A DNA stretch of 64,000 nt from Thermoplasmata archaeon (lineage in GTDB: Archaea; Thermoplasmatota; Thermoplasmata; GCA-020350865), in assembly GCA_020348445.1 (NCBI GenBank), contig CP070751.1:4000662-4064661 (forward strand), read 5' to 3'. Below are positions 59,001-64,000 of the stretch, one piece after another. The notes beneath the pieces were generated by a model that was given only the letters and a program-made list of their open reading frames with translations, did not search any database and was not told the DNA's origin. Made by a program: the position numbers and the translations under genes. How positions within the stretch are numbered: the first letter of the stretch is position 1; the number at the start of each line of letters is the position of its first letter.

Positions 59001-61778
59001 CCCATCCCAACGAGCATAATTAAGATCATAGTCACCGCGATAAGTTATGTGAGGATTCCCCAAACTATCCACAGAAATCGAAGTACCCCCACCTCCTGAG
59101 GGTCCTATTGTATCAATCTGCCAACCAGAATCAGGATCATAACTTCCACTTCCATCGAATTGCACAGTGTCGCCTTCGTTTACTGTTTGATCGGGGCCTG
59201 CGTCGGCGATTGGGGGTTGGTTTTGGGTAGGTGTTCCAATGGCGTATAATCTACCATTGTCAGAACCAATATAAATTGTACCGTCGGAACCGATTGCAGG
59301 TGAGGTATGAAAATCGTTTGGAGCAGAGAAATTCCATTTTTCAGTACCATCTGGATTGATTGCATGAAGTTTATCGGCATTAGAACCAACAAATATCGTT
59401 CCATCATAACCAATTGCAGGTGATGAAAAAACAGCATTCCCGATAATAAAGTTCCATTTTTCAGTTCCATTCGGATTTACTGCATAAAATTTTGTATCTA
59501 AAGAGCCAAAATAAATCGTTTCATCAGAGCCGATTGCAGGTGATGAATGAATATCGTTACCTGTTGAAAAACTCCATTTCGTAGTACCATTTGGATATAT
59601 TGCATGTAGTTTATCAGCACTTGAACCTACATATATCGTTCCATCTGGACCAATTGCTGGTGATGAATCAACAGAACCTCCAGATAAGATTGTATATCTC
59701 CATTTTTCGGTTCCATTAGGGTTAAATGCAAACAACGTGCCATCCTGAGCGGGAACATATATCGTTCCATCAAGGGTAATTGCAGGTGATGAGAAGATTT
59801 TATAATCTGTGGTGAAACTCCATTTCTCACTTCCATCTGGATTAATTGCATAAAAGTTATTATCATAAGACCCAACATAAATTGTCCCATCAGATCCGAT
59901 TGCGGGTGATGAAAGTACAGCACCTCCTGTAGTGAAATACCATTTCTCGGTACCATCTGCGTTGATAGCATACAGACGATTATCTTGAGATCCTACATAA
60001 ATCGTACCATCTGAACCTATAGCAGGCGATGAATTTACATCTGAATTAGTGGTGAAATTCCATTTTTCAGTGCCATCCGGGTTGAGTGCATATAGTTTAT
60101 TATCGTCAGAACCTATAAAAATCGTCCCATTGAAACCAATAGCAGGAGATGAATGCACAGATCTACCAGTTAAGAAATTCCATTTTAAATTACCGTCATT
60201 TCCACTTGTATCATAGGGGCTTTGTCCAGTATGATTAAGATTCTGTCGAAACATCGGCCACGGAATCGGATTTAAAGTAACATCCACATATCCAGAACCA
60301 TCGTTATATCCGGTTTTACTGACTTCCGCTGATATTTTACAGATAATCTGTGATGTTACAATAGGTGCATTGAATATGCTTTTAAAATCACCATTTGCAT
60401 CAGTAATTCCTGATTGCGGGCTGAATATTCCCCCATTATCAGAAACCAGATTTACAGTTGCACCCTGGACTGGGTTTGTGCCATCGGTGACTTGGACAGA
60501 GATTGAGGATTGTGCTGCTGAGTTGAGGGATGTGAAATGGGAGGCGACATTAACATTGAGGCGAGAGGGAGTCCCAATAGCATATAATTTTGAATCCCAT
60601 GAACTAACATAAATCGTACCGTCAGAGCCGATTGCAGGTGATGAGAGCACATCATTAATAGTGGTAAATTTCCATTTCTCAGTACCATTTGGATTAATCG
60701 CATATATATTATTGTCTTCAGATCCAACATAAATTGTACCCTCAGAGCCAATTGCAGGTGATGATTCAATATCATAACTACTCGCAAATCTCCATTTCTC
60801 AGTACCATCTGGGTTAATTGCATATATATTATTGTCATTCGAGCCAATATAAATAGTCCCATCGAAACTGATAGCAGGCGATGAGAGCACATCGTTACCT
60901 GTTTTGAAACTCCATTTTTTGGAACCATCTGGATTGATTGCATGCAATTTGTCGTCGTTAGATCCTATATAGATCGTACCATCGGTGGCAATTGCTGGTG
61001 AAGAATCCACTGGTAAAGAGAAAGTGAGGTTCCATTTTTCGGTACCATCTGGATTAATTGCATATAATTTACTATCCAAGGAACCTATATAGATAGTGCC
61101 ATCAGAACCGATTGCAGGTGAAGAGTTTTTAATGATGCCAGCTGTGAACTTCCATTTTTCAGTGCCATCTGGATTGATTGCATACAATTTTTTATCCGTT
61201 GAACCGATATAGATTGTGCCATCTAATCCAATTGTGGGTGATGAACGGATGGCTTCACCTGTGGCAAAATTCCATTTCTCGGAACCATCTGGGTTAATGG
61301 CAAAAAGTTTGGTGTTTAGAGAACCAACATAAATCGTACCGTCAGAACTGACTGCGGGTGATGAGTATATCGCATCACCTGTTTGAAAACTCCATCTTTC
61401 AGTGCCATTAGGATATATAGCATATAGTTTACCATCTGCTGAGCCAAAATATATCGTTCCATCGGAACCAATCGCAGGAGATGACTTCACACAATCCAAA
61501 GTGTCAAAGTTCCATTTCAAAGAGCCATTATTTCCACTCGTATCATATGGACTAAGACCTGTATGCCTAAGATTCTGCCGAAACATCGGCCATGGGGAAT
61601 CAGCAAGCCCTCCCGTTCCGCTGGAGCTTGAAGTTGGTTGCCCGATATTTTGAGGTTGTTCAGCATTTTGTAACTGTCCAGCATTTTGTGTAATTGGAGC
61701 AGAAATACTTGTTATCATCATCAAACAGATAGCTATACTCATTACCCTGCTCTTCGTATAAAACCCCCCCTCCTCCAT
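56013..61778 (-). CDS. ~1900-aa secreted protein: two PQQ-like beta-propeller arrays, PKD domains, two BNR-like propellers, unanchored C-terminal domain
   Basis: PWPMFRQN..HTG.SPY twice; about 15 SSPAIG.DGTIY.GS.D..LYAINP.GT.KW repeats; ETVD..G.VG.YTSIALDS...PHISY repeats; YEWDF..DG PKD; start 61778 or 61742 more plausible than 61943. Confidence 0.9.
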   Translation of the reverse strand: MEEGGFYTKSRVMSIAICLMMITSISAPITQNAGQLQNAEQPQNIGQPTSSSSGTGGLADSPWPMFRQNLRHTGLSPYDTSGNNGSLKWNFDTLDCVKSSPAIGSDGTIYFGSADGKLYAIYPNGTERWSFQTGDAIYSSPAVSSDGTIYVGSLNTKLFAINPDGSEKWNFATGEAIRSSPTIGLDGTIYIGSTDKKLYAINPDGTEKWKFTAGIIKNSSPAIGSDGTIYIGSLDSKLYAINPDGTEKWNLTFSLPVDSSPAIATDGTIYIGSNDDKLHAINPDGSKKWSFKTGNDVLSSPAISFDGTIYIGSNDNNIYAINPDGTEKWRFASSYDIESSPAIGSEGTIYVGSEDNNIYAINPNGTEKWKFTTINDVLSSPAIGSDGTIYVSSWDSKLYAIGTPSRLNVNVASHFTSLNSAAQSSISVQVTDGTNPVQGATVNLVSDNGGIFSPQSGITDANGDFKSIFNAPIVTSQIICKISAEVSKTGYNDGSGYVDVTLNPIPWPMFRQNLNHTGQSPYDTSGNDGNLKWNFLTGRSVHSSPAIGFNGTIFIGSDDNKLYALNPDGTEKWNFTTNSDVNSSPAIGSDGTIYVGSQDNRLYAINADGTEKWYFTTGGAVLSSPAIGSDGTIYVGSYDNNFYAINPDGSEKWSFTTDYKIFSSPAITLDGTIYVPAQDGTLFAFNPNGTEKWRYTILSGGSVDSSPAIGPDGTIYVGSSADKLHAIYPNGTTKWSFSTGNDIHSSPAIGSDETIYFGSLDTKFYAVNPNGTEKWNFIIGNAVFSSPAIGYDGTIFVGSNADKLHAINPDGTEKWNFSAPNDFHTSPAIGSDGTIYIGSDNGRLYAIGTPTQNQPPIADAGPDQTVNEGDTVQFDGSGSYDPDSGWQIDTIGPSGGGGTSISVDSLGNPHITYRGDYDLNYARWDGSSWQIETVDGPGSVGWSPSIALDRMGYPHISYFDSTPNHDLKYARWTGSDWAIEIVDSAGDVGHHTSLALDSSDYPHISYFDNTNSDLKYAKWNGINWNISTVDSSGNVGMYNSLVLDNNDRAHISYYDDTNRFLKYARWDGADWILESIDINILMVMASTSIELDSNYYPHISYIHANGFLKYAKWDGSDWIVEEVNNTGLWYGYTSLALGSNDYPHIAYHDAHPNHDVRYANWDGSTWNIETVESDGGVGGWLSMYLDDLGEPHISYHDWSNTALKYARRVNDIISYEWDFGDGSPTEHGVTLTHIYSTPGNYTVTLTITDDDNATDSDTCIITVLPAVIPPVADAGEDQTVDEGDVVHLEGGGNYNINLPWEISIIDSYNDVGRYASLALDSLDYAHISYLDITSKNLCYARWTGCDWNIEIVDNTRGVGWYTSIALDSNWYAHISYQDWQNHDLKYAKCDESGWTIETIDIAPSGMIGTWTSIGVDSSDNVHISYYADGTLKYARWNGNSWNLETVDRAGNVGWYTSITLNSDGYPHICYYDKTNGDLKYAKWSGSVWKIETVDSGDDVGKYTSIALDTNENPHISYYDSSNQELKYAKWIGSNWNIETVDNLGNVGHWTSIALDDSNHAHISYYDETNLDLKYAKWTGGVWDIDIVDSAGNVGYFTSIALDSKGNPHISYYNGSGPRCHLKYAKYLGDGAQIISYEWDFDSDGIYDYQETLGNAPDGLFDGKTTHIYGDDGIYTVTLRITDEYNLTDTDTCNVTVLNVNPTATIVSALMNVEIGLRVAGRKYNNVSMALYEEGNLLGYVSIERQPGSPDEQMAWIPVSINFSSSYNATVFYTPEDPPNVGANPVWIYLKSQNGSIKKIHHTFNVQQSKKRDSEHWIHVEPWEVDLNSYFVGLPFEITSHITDPGSDDETLTFTYGSQVKTVTYLNNPPNPDPYPSPEVNPVDIMDTTTLVYEGPGTVTLVVKDDDNIRLGIGEGTDSIVV

Positions 61779-62029
61779 GAAGAATAAATGCACTTGGGAG
61801 CATATAAAACCTTCCACAAGAGCCGAATAATGGTATTTTACAACCATATATTTAATAATAAAAAGAAAAAGAAAATTAAGAAATATCTTGCCGAATCGCA
61901 CACATTTTTTCGCAGTAAGGGGGCCCCTGTTCCTTTTCCCCAATTTCCCTGCCTTAATAAACTCGCTCGGAAAAAGTAATTATGACCTTTATAATAGAAT
62001 CATATCATAATTATGACAAATTCATTTAT

Positions 62030-62060
62030 AGAAAAATAAGAAAAAGAAAAAAGGCAGGAT
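62030..62060 (-). terminator. U-rich terminator after the 62065-63621 gene
   Basis: Minus strand reads cctgccttttttcttttttcttattttt after the stop. Confidence 0.5.
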
Positions 62061-62064
62061 TTTC

Positions 62065-63621
62065 CTACCTTTTTCTGTCATAGTACTGTGACCAGTCCTG
62101 AGGGCCGTTCTGGTACGGGGTGTGCCTGTCATAGGTACTCTCGAATCCTTCAGGTTTCTTGCCCTTGCCCCGCTGATGCACGATAATTGCCATAACCACA
62201 ACCACGGCCACAAATATTAGAGCACCAAAGCAGAGGGCAAGTAAGGGGCGCAAATTTGTATCAGATTCTGTCTTTTCCGAAATCTCGAAGGTCATCTCAC
62301 CCTCCATTCCGGGATCATGGTAAATCGAATCCCCGCCTGGATAGCTCAATCCACCTTGAAGGGCAAATCCGGTATACAACCTTCCCCATCTCCCTTTTAA
62401 TGTGAAGGCCATACCAGCCTGAACTTGGGCGTACATCTGCTTCTCTTCCCCGTCCACAGTGACATCAGAAACCCAGGTGAACTTCCCTATTCTGCTCCAG
62501 TTCCCCTCGAAATCGATTCTGTTTGCCTTTAATTTTCTGGGGCCTTTATCTTCCGGATCATCGGCACTGGATTTTTCCATCTCTCCGTTTTGTTTCATGT
62601 ATCTTGCCTTTCCGTCCTCGCCAAGACGATTCATGAACTGGGCCTTGAACCACCGGGTCGTGGTGGCGGGAACGAAGTTGCCCAAAATGGCCTTGAATTC
62701 CATTAGAAGGGACTCGTTTGTGAAATACGGATTGTAATCCCATCCCTGGATTTCATGATCCCATTTCACCCCATACATGGCCTTCTTTCCATTGTATGTG
62801 AGGTTTTCTATTCGCTCAGAGCTTAGAATAGGCCATGCATCAGCCTCGTCCTTTTTGTCTGGATCATCTGTTACAGTAACATAGTACTGGGGTACGGTCA
62901 CGTTGTCCACTTCCACGAGCTTGGCTCTGAGATGGAACGTGAACTGCAGCTTCTCTAGGACGTTTTCCTCATTTGCTGGATCCCAGGGCCAAAGGGGCCA
63001 CACCTTCTCATAATTCAGATTTTCGGCTGTTAAGGAAAATTCCCAGGTCTTTTCTTGATTTGTTTTGTCCTCTGATGTTGTTACTTCAGATGCAGTCCAA
63101 GCAGTTGCGAGATCGATTTTCTTGTTGCACAAAGGCTCGTAATCCCATAAATCCCACCAGTAATCTGGATCCTTATTTCTTTTGAAATTGAATATCCCGT
63201 CGCCGTTTGTATCGTTGAATTCCAGCATTGTCTCCAATTTCATGCCGTAGAATGTGTAAACCTTGATTGGAAAGTTCTTTTCCTTGAGCTCCCCGTCATC
63301 ATCGTAAACCTGGGCAACTCCCAGATACCGGGCCTGAATAACAAAGGGTATTATGGAATTGGGATTATCCTTTGTTCCCCATATAACACCAAAAGCTGCG
63401 TCCATGCCGCCTTCTTCGGATCCAAAGGCGATCATGTAGTAATCACCACCTCCGTATTTATCGGTGGTTCCCTTGTCCGTATATATATGTTTGTTCCTCA
63501 CCTTTTCTTTGTCTCCTAAGGCGGTACCACCCACTACTAATATACTTGTTAAAAGCAGAAGGACCGCCACCCACACGCAAGTTAGCTTCCTTATTTTTCT
63601 CATGTCGCTCACCATTTTCAT
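62065..63621 (-). CDS. Secreted protein with C-terminal TM anchor, unknown function
   Basis: Signal peptide VWVAVLLLLTSILVVGGTA; EFNDTNGDG Ca-type motif; IYHDP followed by TM LLALCFGALIFVAVVVVMAIIV. Confidence 0.8.
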   Translation of the reverse strand: MKMVSDMRKIRKLTCVWVAVLLLLTSILVVGGTALGDKEKVRNKHIYTDKGTTDKYGGGDYYMIAFGSEEGGMDAAFGVIWGTKDNPNSIIPFVIQARYLGVAQVYDDDGELKEKNFPIKVYTFYGMKLETMLEFNDTNGDGIFNFKRNKDPDYWWDLWDYEPLCNKKIDLATAWTASEVTTSEDKTNQEKTWEFSLTAENLNYEKVWPLWPWDPANEENVLEKLQFTFHLRAKLVEVDNVTVPQYYVTVTDDPDKKDEADAWPILSSERIENLTYNGKKAMYGVKWDHEIQGWDYNPYFTNESLLMEFKAILGNFVPATTTRWFKAQFMNRLGEDGKARYMKQNGEMEKSSADDPEDKGPRKLKANRIDFEGNWSRIGKFTWVSDVTVDGEEKQMYAQVQAGMAFTLKGRWGRLYTGFALQGGLSYPGGDSIYHDPGMEGEMTFEISEKTESDTNLRPLLALCFGALIFVAVVVVMAIIVHQRGKGKKPEGFESTYDRHTPYQNGPQDWSQYYDRKR

Positions 63622-63747
63622 TTGATATATTTGAATTTCAGCTTTAAATACCTGCTGCGCTCTTTTACGCTGATTCTATCAACTATTCTCTACTTCTATC
63701 AATCAGACCATCACTTTTTTAAATTGAAAAGACCTTATTAGGAAAGG

Positions 63748-64000
63748 ATGCCTTCCTCCATCGCCTTATCACAGAAAAAACGCCTTTTGCTTTACCTTGA
63801 AAGATTTGAAAGGTTCCAAACTGCCTGGGAGGTGCCCTATGGTGTCTCACAGGATGGGATCGGAGAGGCACTGGATATATTAATAAACAACGTGTCAAGA
63901 ACCTTATCCGGCATGGTGGAGGAAAACCTGGTGGTTTCCAGGCTAGCACATGTGCAGGGTATTTTAAGGCGCAGGAGGGTTTATTTTCTATCGGACTTGG
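63748..64000 (+). CDS. 5' part of a winged-helix-containing protein, truncated by the window end (absent from ORF track)
   Basis: Open frame MPSSIALSQKKRLLLYL...VSQDGIGEALDILINNVSRTLSGMVEENLVVSRLAHVQGILRRRRVYFLSDL with an HTH plus wing pattern. Confidence 0.75.
   Translation, partial: MPSSIALSQKKRLLLYLERFERFQTAWEVPYGVSQDGIGEALDILINNVSRTLSGMVEENLVVSRLAHVQGILRRRRVYFLSDL

Noticed and set aside
266-62743. The many short ORFs overlapping larger genes (for example 282-761, 11908-12555, 53505-54107, 60452-60943)
   Set aside because: Antisense or alternate-frame shadows of confidently identified genes, with no motifs of their own; repeat periodicity explains their length
63719-63949. 76-aa minus-strand ORF
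   Set aside because: Shadow of the plus-strand wHTH frame starting at 63748

Overview
Archaeal chromosomal window. A Thermoplasmatota-like lineage is inferred from the archaeal EF-1a/EF-2/S7/S10/S12 sequences, MCM, NMD3, GPN GTPase and zinc-ribbon-tailed surface proteins. Housekeeping blocks are tuf-rps10, rps12-rps7-fusA, mcm-DUF424-nmd3, pyrF and pyrD-pyrK. They are interleaved with roughly 25 kb of large repeat-rich surface-protein genes and several accessory loci. The most notable items are: (1) a variant McrBC-like pair, TPR-EVE-[dead AAA]-[intact AAA] plus a DUF2357/McrC-like partner whose PD-(D/E)xK site appears degenerate; (2) a tRNA-Arg(TCG), hidden by two introns (29 nt in the D-loop, 145 nt and highly structured at 37/38), with a degenerate second copy carrying a shorter related intron 1.2 kb downstream and a family of co-varying hairpin repeats around it; (3) a serine recombinase plus a catalytically headless paralog, flanked by palindromes; (4) a candidate structured ncRNA upstream of mcm; (5) a 655-aa MCM intein with LAGLIDADG and several HTH-like segments; (6) small genes missed by the ORF track (a 35-aa zinc ribbon, a truncated wHTH gene at the right edge) and a probable CUG start for rps12. 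All family assignments come from motif recognition by eye; no searches or folding programs were run.
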